From: an uncultured Verrucomicrobiota bacterium
GTDB lineage: Bacteria > Verrucomicrobiota > Verrucomicrobiia > Limisphaerales > CAIMTB01
DNA length: 64,000 bases
Direction: 5' to 3'
Assembly (NCBI GenBank): GCA_964389135.1
Contig: CAYMDA010000003.1
Span: forward strand, 105,206 to 169,205
This document shows positions 9,859 through 18,321 of this stretch, one piece after another. The position numbers and the translations under genes were made by a program. A model generated the notes under the pieces. That model made no database searches, was not told the DNA's origin, and was given only the letters and a program-made list of their open reading frames with translations. Position 1 is the first letter of the stretch. Each line of letters begins with the position of its first letter.

Positions 9859-10794
9859 ATGCACGAGCTGTCGCGCCCCGATGTCATCCTCACGCACGAG
9901 AGCGACCTGGACGGATTTGTGTCCGGGCATCTGCTGCTGAAACTGGCCCGGCACCTGTTTCAGACCGAGGTGCGGCTGGAGGCATGGAACACGCAGGCAT
10001 GGCGGCAGCGACCGATGCGGGAGAAGGTCGCGTGGGTCTGCGACCTCGCGTTCGATGCGCGCCTTGACCGGCCGGACTGGCTGATCGTGGACCATCATCC
10101 AATGGACGCGGGCCCCCGTACGGCGCGCGTGATCCATGACCTGAACAAGTCCGCGGCACGCCTGTGCGCGGAGCTGTGCCGCGAGCACGGCGTCGGAAGC
10201 GAGGCGCTCGACCGTCTGGTGGGTCTCACCGACGTGGGTGACCTCTTTCTCGAGGATCACCCCGACTTCGAGCTGTCCCAGGAATACGGATCCCTGGTGA
10301 AGACGTACTCCTTCTGGAATCTGAGCCGGCTCATTGAGGGCGATCTCGAGCGCCTGCTGGACCATCCGCTGCTCGAGGTGATCCGGACGAAGCGAAGGAT
10401 CGAGGACCCGATGGGCCTTGAGTGGAGCCGCTCGCGCATCGCCTCCCTGAGCCCGGAGGTCGGGTTCGTGGACGTGGTGGTGGGCAACGCGAATCTCATC
10501 GTGCACGAACTGCTCAAGTCGCCGGACTGCTCGCATCCGGTGCTTCTGACGCTTACCCGGAAGGGAACGGGAGGGATCGTCGCCAGTCTCCGCAGCAGGG
10601 GCGGCCAGGCCCTGCCCGTCGCCCAGAAGCTCCAGGGCGGCGGGCACCCGAACGCCGCGGGCGCCACCCTGCCCCGCTCGGTGCAGAGCATCCCCGATGC
10701 CCTGGATTACCTGAAGCGGGTCCTGAACCCGACCGTTCCCGCCCTCGCGGGTCCGGCCGGCGCGCCGGCGGGACTGACGCTGGATCCGGCCTGA
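9859..10794 (+). CDS. DHH/DHHA1 family phosphoesterase (NrnA-like)
   Basis: DHH motifs THESDLDG and LIVDHHP, and DHHA1 motif GGGHPNAAGATL. Confidence 0.8.
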   Translation: MHELSRPDVILTHESDLDGFVSGHLLLKLARHLFQTEVRLEAWNTQAWRQRPMREKVAWVCDLAFDARLDRPDWLIVDHHPMDAGPRTARVIHDLNKSAARLCAELCREHGVGSEALDRLVGLTDVGDLFLEDHPDFELSQEYGSLVKTYSFWNLSRLIEGDLERLLDHPLLEVIRTKRRIEDPMGLEWSRSRIASLSPEVGFVDVVVGNANLIVHELLKSPDCSHPVLLTLTRKGTGGIVASLRSRGGQALPVAQKLQGGGHPNAAGATLPRSVQSIPDALDYLKRVLNPTVPALAGPAGAPAGLTLDPA

Positions 10795-10868
10795 CGCGCC
10801 GCTCCGGCCGCTCCGCCCGTCGGGGGTACGCCCGTACGCCCCGGGCCTTCGGGGGGCGCGCCCGCCGG

Positions 10869-12959
10869 TCAGGCCTTCTTCTCCTCCTCGTGCAGGCGGC
10901 GCGTTTCGGCGATGATCTTCGCCTCGAGCTCCGCGGGGAGGAAGTCGTAGTGGCTGAACTCCTCCGAGTGGTGTCCGCGTCCCCCGGTCAGCGATCGGAG
11001 CGCGGCCGAGTACAGATGGAGCTGGTTCTGGGGGACCTGCGCGCGGACCACCTGATAGCCGTCCAGCGTTTCCATGCCGAGGATGCGTCCGCGGCGGCTG
11101 GAAAGGTCGCCGAGCACGTTGCCCATGCATTCCTCGGGGATCCGCACCTCGATGTTGTAAATCGGTTCGAGCAGGCACGGCCTGGCGGCGCGGAAGGCCT
11201 CGCGGAAGGCCTCCTTGCCGGCGATCTGGAACGCGATGTCCTTCGAATCGACCGGATGCATCTTGCCGTCGTAGAAGTCGATCCGGACATCCACGACGGG
11301 ATAACCCGCGAGGATGCCCTCGTTGCAGGCGGCGTGGACCCCCTTCTCCACCGACGGAACGAACACCCGGTCCACATTCTGGCCGGTGAGGGATTCGGTG
11401 AACTCGATGCCGCTGTTGCGCGGCAGCGGCTCGATCCGCATCCAGACCTCGGCGAACTGGCCGGCACCGCCGGTCTGCTTCTTGTGGCGATACTTCGATT
11501 CGCCGCGGGCGCGGATGGTCTCGCGATAGGGCACCCTCGGCTCCACGAGGTCGAAATCAATCCTGTAGCGGCGCTTCAGGCGCTCCGCGACGATCTGCAG
11601 GTGGAGTTCGCCCTGTCCCGAGATGACGGTCTGGTGGAGCGCCGAATCCACGTGGTACGTGAAGGTCGGGTCCTCGTCGTGGAGCGCGGCGAGCCCGGAG
11701 GCGAGCTTGTCCTCCTCGCCCTTGGCCTTGAGCTTGAGGGCCATGTGGACATTGGGCTTGGGGAAGCGAACCTTCGGCAGCGCGACGACCTTCTTGGGGT
11801 GACAGAGCGTGTTGCCGGTGTGGGTGTCCTTCAGCTTGACCGCCGCGCCGATGTCCCCCGCGCGCAGCACATCGACGGCGCTGCGATTCCGGCCGCTCAC
11901 GGAGAAGATCTGGCCGAGGCGCTCCGACGACTTCCGGTCGCTGTTGTACAGGTCCATGCCCACGGTGGCGGTGCCTGAATAGACGCGGAAGAGGGAGAGA
12001 TCGCCGAACTGATCCTCGTGGGTCGTCTTGAACACGTACAGGACCGGGGCGTCCCCGTTGAGATCCACCTGGACCTCGGCGCCCGCGGCGTCGTGCGCGG
12101 TGATGGTGCTGCGGTCCACCGGCGAGGATCCGTACTTCGCGATGAAATCCATCAGGCGCGCGACGCCGACGTTCGTTTCCGCCGAGGTGAAGAAGACGGG
12201 AATGAACGCCTGCTTCTGGAGCGCGGTGTGTTCACCGGCGCGCAGTTCCTCCTCCGTGAGGCTGCCCTTCTCGAAGAACTTCTCCATGAGGGCGTCGTCG
12301 GCCTCGGCGGTGTACTCGATCAGCTCGCGATGAAGCTGCGTGACCCGCTCCTTCCATTCGCCTTCCGCGGGAACCTCGGAGTACTTGCCGGAGCCATCCG
12401 CGCTGTACGTGACGATCTCGCTGCGCATCACGTCGAGCTCGGCGTTGAATCCGGGCCCCGGATTGACCGGCCACGACAGCGGGAACACGCGCGGGCCGAA
12501 CTGCGCGCGAAGCGTCGCGAGCATGGCGTCCGGGTTCACGTGCTCGCGGTCGCACCCGTTGACGACGAGGATCTTCGGGATGCCGTATTGGGTCGCGTAG
12601 CGCCAGACGGTGTCGGTGCCCAGCGCGGGCCCCTGGAGGGCATGAACGACGACGAGCGCGAAGTCCCCGACCTGGAGGGCGACGAGGGCTTCGCTGATGA
12701 AGTCCATGTAACCCGGCGTGTCGATGATGTTGAACTTGCGTCCGAGCCAGTCGAGGCGGAGCGGCGTGGCGTGGATCGAGATCTGGTGGCGCTTCTCGCC
12801 CGGATGATAATCGGAGACCGTCGTGCCGTTCGCGATGCTACCCATGCGGCCGATCTCGCCGGCCGTCGCCAGCATGGCTTCGCAAAGCATCGTCTTTCCG
12901 GAAGTGGCATGACCGACCACCGCGAAGTTTCGAATGTCAGCGGGCTCGTAGGTTTTCAT
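10869..12959 (-). CDS. elongation factor G paralogue (EF-G-like GTPase)
   Basis: IRNFAVVGHATSGKT (G1), IIDTPGYMDF (G3), and EF-G domains II-V recognisable along the full length. It is not in an rpsL-rpsG-fusA-tuf context. G2 and G4 deviate from the canonical motifs (see findings). Confidence 0.85.
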   Translation of the reverse strand: MKTYEPADIRNFAVVGHATSGKTMLCEAMLATAGEIGRMGSIANGTTVSDYHPGEKRHQISIHATPLRLDWLGRKFNIIDTPGYMDFISEALVALQVGDFALVVVHALQGPALGTDTVWRYATQYGIPKILVVNGCDREHVNPDAMLATLRAQFGPRVFPLSWPVNPGPGFNAELDVMRSEIVTYSADGSGKYSEVPAEGEWKERVTQLHRELIEYTAEADDALMEKFFEKGSLTEEELRAGEHTALQKQAFIPVFFTSAETNVGVARLMDFIAKYGSSPVDRSTITAHDAAGAEVQVDLNGDAPVLYVFKTTHEDQFGDLSLFRVYSGTATVGMDLYNSDRKSSERLGQIFSVSGRNRSAVDVLRAGDIGAAVKLKDTHTGNTLCHPKKVVALPKVRFPKPNVHMALKLKAKGEEDKLASGLAALHDEDPTFTYHVDSALHQTVISGQGELHLQIVAERLKRRYRIDFDLVEPRVPYRETIRARGESKYRHKKQTGGAGQFAEVWMRIEPLPRNSGIEFTESLTGQNVDRVFVPSVEKGVHAACNEGILAGYPVVDVRIDFYDGKMHPVDSKDIAFQIAGKEAFREAFRAARPCLLEPIYNIEVRIPEECMGNVLGDLSSRRGRILGMETLDGYQVVRAQVPQNQLHLYSAALRSLTGGRGHHSEEFSHYDFLPAELEAKIIAETRRLHEEEKKA

Positions 12960-13057
12960 GAAGACGCTGGGGATGGCTTCGCGGCTGAATCTTCAGGAAG
13001 CGCCCGGGAAGGCCAAGCGTGGATTCGTGAACGGCGGGAGGCGGCCGGGGCCCGGGA

Positions 13058-13084
13058 GCCGGGGCCGCGTCCCGCGGCCCCGGC
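13058..13084 (-). terminator. GC-rich hairpin immediately downstream of the LamG-repeat gene
   Basis: 12-bp perfect stem GCCGGGGCCGCG (13058-13069) / loop TCC / CGCGGCCCCGGC (13073-13084), 9 nt after the stop at 13093. No U-tract follows. Confidence 0.3.
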
Positions 13085-13092
13085 CGCTCCGT

Positions 13093-16044
13093 TCACGGGG
13101 TGACCAGCCGGAAGAACCTCGCGGCGCCCTCGATGTCGATGGTGACGCTGCTGCCGGTGACCCCGGGGACCTCCTGCCACATGCCACCGTCCTCAAGGGT
13201 TTCGGATGCCTCGAGCACGGCACCGGTGAGATCCGGGCTCCACGAGAGGGTGACCTGGCCGGCGGCGCGCGTGATCGCGACCTCCGGCGGCGGCGCGGCA
13301 ACCTCGATGCCGTACTTCTCCGCGAGATAGCTCATGACCCCGGCGCGTTCCCCGGCCGAGAGCGCCTTGTTGTAGATGATCAGCTCCGCGATCTCGCCGT
13401 GGAGGATTGTTTCCCGGTTGTCCCGCGTGCCGATGAGAAGCGGCCGGCCCGTGTCCGCCAGGGTCACGGTGATCTCCCCTTCCCCGTTGGGCGCGCCATT
13501 CAGGATGTGGCGCATGGTGGTTCCCTCCATCTCGAAACCGGCGATCACGAACTCGCCGGGATTCAGGGGATTGACGCCATCGACCGAACCGGCGCCGACG
13601 CCCCCGCGGAGGGCGCGCGGGATTCCCGTCTGCGGAAGGATGTAGTAGTCCGTCGCCCGCGGCTGGTTTCCCTGGGCCTTCGACCACACGGTGCGGAACG
13701 TTTCGAGGTCGGCGAGGCGGACAACGAAGTAACTGCTGATGTCACGAACCATCGCGACGCTGAAGTGATGGGGTATCGAGAGGAAATCATCGATGCCATC
13801 GAACCACACCGCGGGCCGGCCGTTGATCGCGTCAGGCGTGAGGTAGGGCTGGAGGTCCGGTTCCGGCTGGCTGGCGTGGTTCAGGTTGCCGGACTGGTCC
13901 TGCCATTCCCGGACCAGGCCGCCGTCCTCCGTCACACCGGCGTCGGCGCGCAGCCACACCTTGAGGTGCGCCGGCGCGGGCAGCGGCACCTGGGCCGTGG
14001 AGATCACCTGGATGGTGACGGGCGACGAACGGGCGGTCCCGCCGAGGTTGTCCACGGCCTCGGCGGCGAACTCCGGGTTGTCCGCGGCGGAAAACTCGAT
14101 CGTCGTGCGGAACGGCGCGCTGCTCGCCGAACCCACGACCACGCCATTCACGAGGAAATCGACGCGCGCGATCGATCCGTCCGAATCGGACGCCTCCGCT
14201 TCGAGGGTGACCTCCGCGGGCGCTGCGACGGAGCTTCCAGGCGCCGGCGCAGTCAGGGTGACGGCGGGCGGCGTGTTGGAGACGGAGAAAAGCCCGATGC
14301 CGTAGCGCCCCGCGAGGTACACCTCCACCGCGCGACGTTCCTCCGCCGAGAGGGCGGCGTCATAGATCAGCAGTTCGGCGATCTCGCCCGCCAGACGCGT
14401 TCCGAAGTCATCCCGGCTGCCGATCCTGAGACTGGTGTCCTGGTCGCCGAGCGTGGCGGCGATGGTGCCGGCGGAGGTCACGCGCCCGTTCAGGTGATGC
14501 GTGACGGAGCCGTCGCGGGACTCGAAGCCGGCCAGCTCGAAGACCCCGGCGCGCAGGGCGGTCCCGCCATCGACGGAACCGAGGCTGCCCTCCCCGTTGC
14601 CCCGGTACAACCGGGGAACTCCTGATCCCGGGAGGAGATAGTAGTCCGTGGGCGCGGGCAGGTTTCCGAGCGTCTTGGCCCAGACGGCGCGGTAGGTGGC
14701 GAAATCATCCACCTTCACGACGAACCAGGAACTGATGTCGCCCGCGATCGAGAGGGCGTCGCTGTCGGGGACGTCGAGGAAGTCGTCCACGCCGTCGAAA
14801 CGCAGGGCGGGCAGGCCCGCGACGGCGTCCTGCACGAGAACGGGCGCCATGGCTTCGTCGGTCTGAATCGCCTCATGGCCCGCCGCGGACTGGTCCGCCC
14901 ATGCGGTCACGGCGTCGCCGACGCCCGTCGTGACGCCGGCGTCCGCCCGCAGCCAGAGCTGAAGATGATTCGTGGCGGTCAGGGGCGGCGGCTCGGAGGC
15001 GGCGATGCGCAACATGATCGGAGTGGTCGCGCGGATCGCGTCCTTGTCGTCCACCGCGCGGGCGACGACCTCGAAATCGCCGGCGGTCTCGAGAACCACG
15101 CTGACCGCGAACGGCCAGGCGACCGCCGTGGCGAACACGCCCCCGTTGATGAGAAACTCGACACGCGCCACCTGGCCGTCGGGATCTTCCGCGTCAGCGG
15201 TCAGCCGGACCATCGTGCCCGCCTCGAGGTCGGGGCCCGGGGGTTCGGCGGTGAGTTCAACCGCGGGCGGCTCATTGCGGATGTCGTACTTCTCCGCGAG
15301 ATATTCCACGACCGCCTCGCGCTCCTCCGCCGGCAGGGCCCTGTCATAGATCACCAGTTCCGCGAGGTCGCCCTTCAGCTTTGTGAAAAAGTCTCCGCGC
15401 GTTCCGATGTACAGCGACGCATCACCGTCCGCGGGCGCCACGGAAAGCGACCCGGTGGCGGTCGGCACGCTGCCGACGAAATGGGTCACGCCATCGCCCG
15501 CACACTCGAATCCGACGATGAGATACGCGCCGCTGCGCACGGCGCGGCCATCGAAGGACGCGATGCCGTCGGAAGCGCCGTTCCCGCGGTACAGCCTGGG
15601 GACGCCGGAGCCCGGCAGCAGGTAATGATCCGTGGGCGCGGGCAGGTTCCCGAGCGTCTTGGCCCAGACGGTCTGGTACACGCTGAAATCCTCGTAACGC
15701 ACGACGAAGAACGTCGTGAGATCCCCCGCGATCGAGATGGATTCGGAATCGAAGACCTCCAGGAAATCGTCCGTGCCGTCGAAGCGGAGGGCGGGATGAC
15801 CGTTGATGGCGTCCTCGACCAGGACGGGCGCCCACGTCTCGTCGAACTGGACCGCATGGTTCTCCTGTCCCGACTGGTCGGCCCACTCGGTGACGGCGGA
15901 CGAGGCGGAAGTGGTGACGCCCGCGTCGGCACGCAGCCAGAGCTGGAGTCCGTCCGTGACGGTCAGGCTCTGGCCGACCGCGAACGGCGCGACGACAAGA
16001 AGGGACGATAACAACACGAGGGGTCTCGATTTCATGGAACGCAT
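13093..16044 (-). CDS. secreted protein with three LamG/concanavalin-A-like lectin modules and Ig-like spacer domains
   Basis: Signal peptide MRSMKSRPLVLLSSLLVVAPFAVGQS. The block L(Q/K)(L/V)WLRADAGVT..W.DQSG......Q.........(D/P)DAINGxPAxxFDGxDDFL occurs three times, each ending in GExAELxIYxxALSxxER, typical of LamG_3-type domains. The C-terminus ends in ARFFRLVTP. Confidence 0.8.
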   Translation of the reverse strand: MRSMKSRPLVLLSSLLVVAPFAVGQSLTVTDGLQLWLRADAGVTTSASSAVTEWADQSGQENHAVQFDETWAPVLVEDAINGHPALRFDGTDDFLEVFDSESISIAGDLTTFFVVRYEDFSVYQTVWAKTLGNLPAPTDHYLLPGSGVPRLYRGNGASDGIASFDGRAVRSGAYLIVGFECAGDGVTHFVGSVPTATGSLSVAPADGDASLYIGTRGDFFTKLKGDLAELVIYDRALPAEEREAVVEYLAEKYDIRNEPPAVELTAEPPGPDLEAGTMVRLTADAEDPDGQVARVEFLINGGVFATAVAWPFAVSVVLETAGDFEVVARAVDDKDAIRATTPIMLRIAASEPPPLTATNHLQLWLRADAGVTTGVGDAVTAWADQSAAGHEAIQTDEAMAPVLVQDAVAGLPALRFDGVDDFLDVPDSDALSIAGDISSWFVVKVDDFATYRAVWAKTLGNLPAPTDYYLLPGSGVPRLYRGNGEGSLGSVDGGTALRAGVFELAGFESRDGSVTHHLNGRVTSAGTIAATLGDQDTSLRIGSRDDFGTRLAGEIAELLIYDAALSAEERRAVEVYLAGRYGIGLFSVSNTPPAVTLTAPAPGSSVAAPAEVTLEAEASDSDGSIARVDFLVNGVVVGSASSAPFRTTIEFSAADNPEFAAEAVDNLGGTARSSPVTIQVISTAQVPLPAPAHLKVWLRADAGVTEDGGLVREWQDQSGNLNHASQPEPDLQPYLTPDAINGRPAVWFDGIDDFLSIPHHFSVAMVRDISSYFVVRLADLETFRTVWSKAQGNQPRATDYYILPQTGIPRALRGGVGAGSVDGVNPLNPGEFVIAGFEMEGTTMRHILNGAPNGEGEITVTLADTGRPLLIGTRDNRETILHGEIAELIIYNKALSAGERAGVMSYLAEKYGIEVAAPPPEVAITRAAGQVTLSWSPDLTGAVLEASETLEDGGMWQEVPGVTGSSVTIDIEGAARFFRLVTP
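13291..15966 (-). repeat. intragenic triplication (about 330-aa modules) inside the LamG protein gene
   Basis: Module 1 is aa 27-355 (15966-14980) and module 2 is aa 356-688 (14979-13981). Module 3 is aa 689-918 (13980-13291) and has the LamG part only. Similarity is clear at the protein level, and at the DNA level in conserved blocks such as the WLRADAGVT-coding stretch. Confidence 0.85.
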
Positions 16045-16132
16045 GGGTTGTACGGCATGATCCGGGGGGCGGCCAACGTCTGACTGCCCGATCAGGATGT
16101 GTCAACGCGAACCACCCGGACCTCCGCCGGCG

Positions 16133-17260
16133 TCACTCGGGCGCCTTCAGGGTGGCGAGATACTCCACGAGATCCACGAGCTCCTCCTTCGTGAGCGCCG
16201 CCGCAAGCCCCGATGGCATCAGCGACAGCGAGTGCCGGTGCCGGCTGAGGATGCGGTCCCGCGGGATTTCGACAACGACGCCGGACTGCTGCCGGATCGC
16301 GATCGCCTCCGGCGTCTCGCTCACGAGCAATCCGTCGAACTCCTCCCCATCCTGCGTCTGCACCGTCCAGCCCTCATACCCGAAGGAGATCCCGGCGTTC
16401 GGGTCGAGGATCGCCTCATACAGGGCCTGGCGACCAAGCTTGGTCCCGATCTGGGACAGCCCCGGGCCGAAGTCGATTCCCTCCCCTCCGATCGCGTGAC
16501 AGCGGATGCACCCGGCCTTCTCGCTGCGGAAGACGCGCGCGCCGCGATCCGGGTCGCCCCGCATTTCCAGGAGCCGCGCGACGGGCGGCAGCGGTGCGCC
16601 GTCCCCGGCGGAAGGGGCCGGCGTCACACGGGCTGCACGGGCCCGGATCGCGGGCCAGCGCGCCGAGGCGAGCGCAAGCCCCGCGGTGAGACGCGCGGCG
16701 TCGTCAAGGTCGCCCGCCTCGGCCATGTCCAGGAGAAGCGTCGCGCCGGAGAGATTCTGGGCGAGCCCGCGGATCGCGGCGGACCGCACCTCCGCCGGGG
16801 TGGCGGACTCAGTGAGGACACCGGCAAGGACAGGCAGCACGCCCTCCTGGGCGACAGCCGCCACGGCGCGGACAAGAAGCACCGCGTTCGTGGGGGGACA
16901 ATCACGGAGCGCAACACGGATGCGGTCCGGGGCGCCGGCGGGATCCTGCTGGATCAGCAGGCGAATCGCCTCGGCGCCCGCGCTCGGATCCTCAGCGCTC
17001 CGCGCAACCTCGAGCAGGCCGGATTCCTGTCCGGACAGGTCGAAGTCCCGCACCAGCTCGACGAACTCCGGCGTGCCGCGGAACGATTCGAGCGTGCGCA
17101 GGAGCACGGACCGGATCGCGGCGTTGGCGTCGAGGTCGATGCCCTTGAGGCGCCGCAGGGTCTCGAGCGTCGCGCTGGAGGCGGCGGGTGCCGATTCGCA
17201 ATCGCCGGAAAACGGCATCGCCGCCACGGCGAGCAGGGCCACGACAAACGGAAATCGCAT
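16133..17260 (-). CDS. HEAT-repeat protein with C-terminal c-type heme-binding domain (Pirellula/Verrucomicrobium-type CxxCH domain)
   Basis: Signal peptide MRFPFVVALLAVAAMPF, helical repeat body, then GCIRCHAIGGEG (CxxCH) followed by GPGLSQIGTKLGRQALYEAILDPN and SLMPSGL, as in the PVC-type heme-binding domain. Start set at the internal ATG. Confidence 0.75.
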   Translation of the reverse strand: MRFPFVVALLAVAAMPFSGDCESAPAASSATLETLRRLKGIDLDANAAIRSVLLRTLESFRGTPEFVELVRDFDLSGQESGLLEVARSAEDPSAGAEAIRLLIQQDPAGAPDRIRVALRDCPPTNAVLLVRAVAAVAQEGVLPVLAGVLTESATPAEVRSAAIRGLAQNLSGATLLLDMAEAGDLDDAARLTAGLALASARWPAIRARAARVTPAPSAGDGAPLPPVARLLEMRGDPDRGARVFRSEKAGCIRCHAIGGEGIDFGPGLSQIGTKLGRQALYEAILDPNAGISFGYEGWTVQTQDGEEFDGLLVSETPEAIAIRQQSGVVVEIPRDRILSRHRHSLSLMPSGLAAALTKEELVDLVEYLATLKAPE

Positions 17261-17382
17261 GGACGCGGAAATCTGGGCCGGAACCCACCCCGGGAGGCAA
17301 TCCCGAAGGCACTGCGCCCATCGCGTCCGGATCGAACCCGCGGCGGCGAGGCAGGTCCGCCGCACCGCCCGTGATTCAGCGG

Positions 17383-17423
17383 TCGAATCCACATGAAAAG
17401 CGGGTTGAATTCCACATCGAAAG
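17383..17423 (+). promoter_or_regulatory. imperfect direct repeat upstream of the small secreted protein gene
   Basis: TCGAATCCACATGAAAAG (17383-17400) and TTGAATTCCACATCGAAAG (17405-17423) have starts 22 nt apart and end 40 nt upstream of the ATG at 17463. They lie in the divergent intergenic region. Confidence 0.3.
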
Positions 17424-17462
17424 TCCTAGCCTGCCGCGGTTGTCCCACACACGCACAATGCC

Positions 17463-17801
17463 ATGAAGTCATTCATCACCACGCTGGCCTGCGCCGTCGC
17501 GCTGGCCCTCACCACGACCGCCCGGGCCGAGGAGGCCGAAAAGGAGATCAAGGGCGAGGGAGTGTGCCTCAAGTGCGAACTGAAGAAGGCGGAATCCTGC
17601 CAGAACGCGATCCGCGTGAAGGAGAAGGACACGGACAAGGAGGTCCTCTACGTCCTTGAGCACAACGACGTCAGCAAGGCCTTCCACAGCAAGATCTGCG
17701 GCGGGCCCAAGAAGGTCGTCGCCAAGGGCAAGGTGAAGAAGGACGGCGAGAAGAACATCCTTGTCGCCTCCAAGATCGAGTTGGACGAGAAGGCGAACTA
17801 G
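17463..17801 (+). CDS. small secreted Lys-rich protein with CxxC motif (uncharacterised family)
   Basis: Signal peptide MKSFITTLACAVALALTTTARA. Mature part GVCLKCELKKAESCQNAIRV...FHSKICGGPKKVVAKGKVKKDGEK. Very Lys-rich, which is unusual for this GC-rich genome. Reminiscent of a PVC small-protein family (possibly DUF6370; from memory only). Confidence 0.7.
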   Translation: MKSFITTLACAVALALTTTARAEEAEKEIKGEGVCLKCELKKAESCQNAIRVKEKDTDKEVLYVLEHNDVSKAFHSKICGGPKKVVAKGKVKKDGEKNILVASKIELDEKAN

Positions 17802-17895
17802 TCGCGATCGGACGCGCCACGATCCGAAGGACGGGCCGGCTCCTGCGCCGGCCCGTTTTGCGTCCCCGACCGGCGTTCCCTCCTGCCATGGCCCG

Positions 17896-18306
17896 ATGAA
17901 ATACTCGGTTCAGCGACAACTCACGGTGGCGATCGAGAACCAGCCCGGCCGCCTCGCCGCCATCTGCGAGATCCTCGGCTCGCACGCGATCAACATCCGG
18001 GACATCGCGATCGTGGACAACATCGAGCAGGGCGTCGTGCGCTTCATCTGCAGCGATCCCAGGGAATGCCGGGCGCTCCTCGTGAGCCGCGGCCTTTACG
18101 TGCTGGAGGCCGACGTCCTGACCGTGGACCTCGCCGATGCGCCGGGCCGGCTCGCGCGCCTGACCAAGGCCCTCGCCGATGCCGGGGTGAACGTCGATTA
18201 CGCCTACGGAAGCGAGGAACCGGCCGAACACCGCATGCGCCTCGTGATCAAGGTTTCAAACCTGGACCGCGCGCGCGAGGTCATCGCCGCGCTGCCCGAC
18301 TCCTGA
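17896..18306 (+). CDS. ACT domain-containing protein (two tandem ACT domains)
   Basis: LTVAIENQPGRLAAICEILGSHAINIRDI and LTVDLADAPGRLARLTKALADAGVNVDY are two ACT-type beta-alpha-beta starts. Start set at the internal ATG at 17896. Confidence 0.75.
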   Translation: MKYSVQRQLTVAIENQPGRLAAICEILGSHAINIRDIAIVDNIEQGVVRFICSDPRECRALLVSRGLYVLEADVLTVDLADAPGRLARLTKALADAGVNVDYAYGSEEPAEHRMRLVIKVSNLDRAREVIAALPDS

Positions 18307-18321
18307 ACCCCGTCCCCCGCC

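Noticed and set aside
7915-11178. 1087-aa ORF on the minus strand, the longest in the track
   Set aside because: It runs antisense to three clearly homologous plus-strand genes (yqgE, ndh, DHH phosphoesterase) and out of frame into the EF-G-like gene. Its composition is dominated by Arg/Pro/Gly/Ala with no recognisable motif. This is the usual stop-codon-poor antisense frame of a GC-rich genome.
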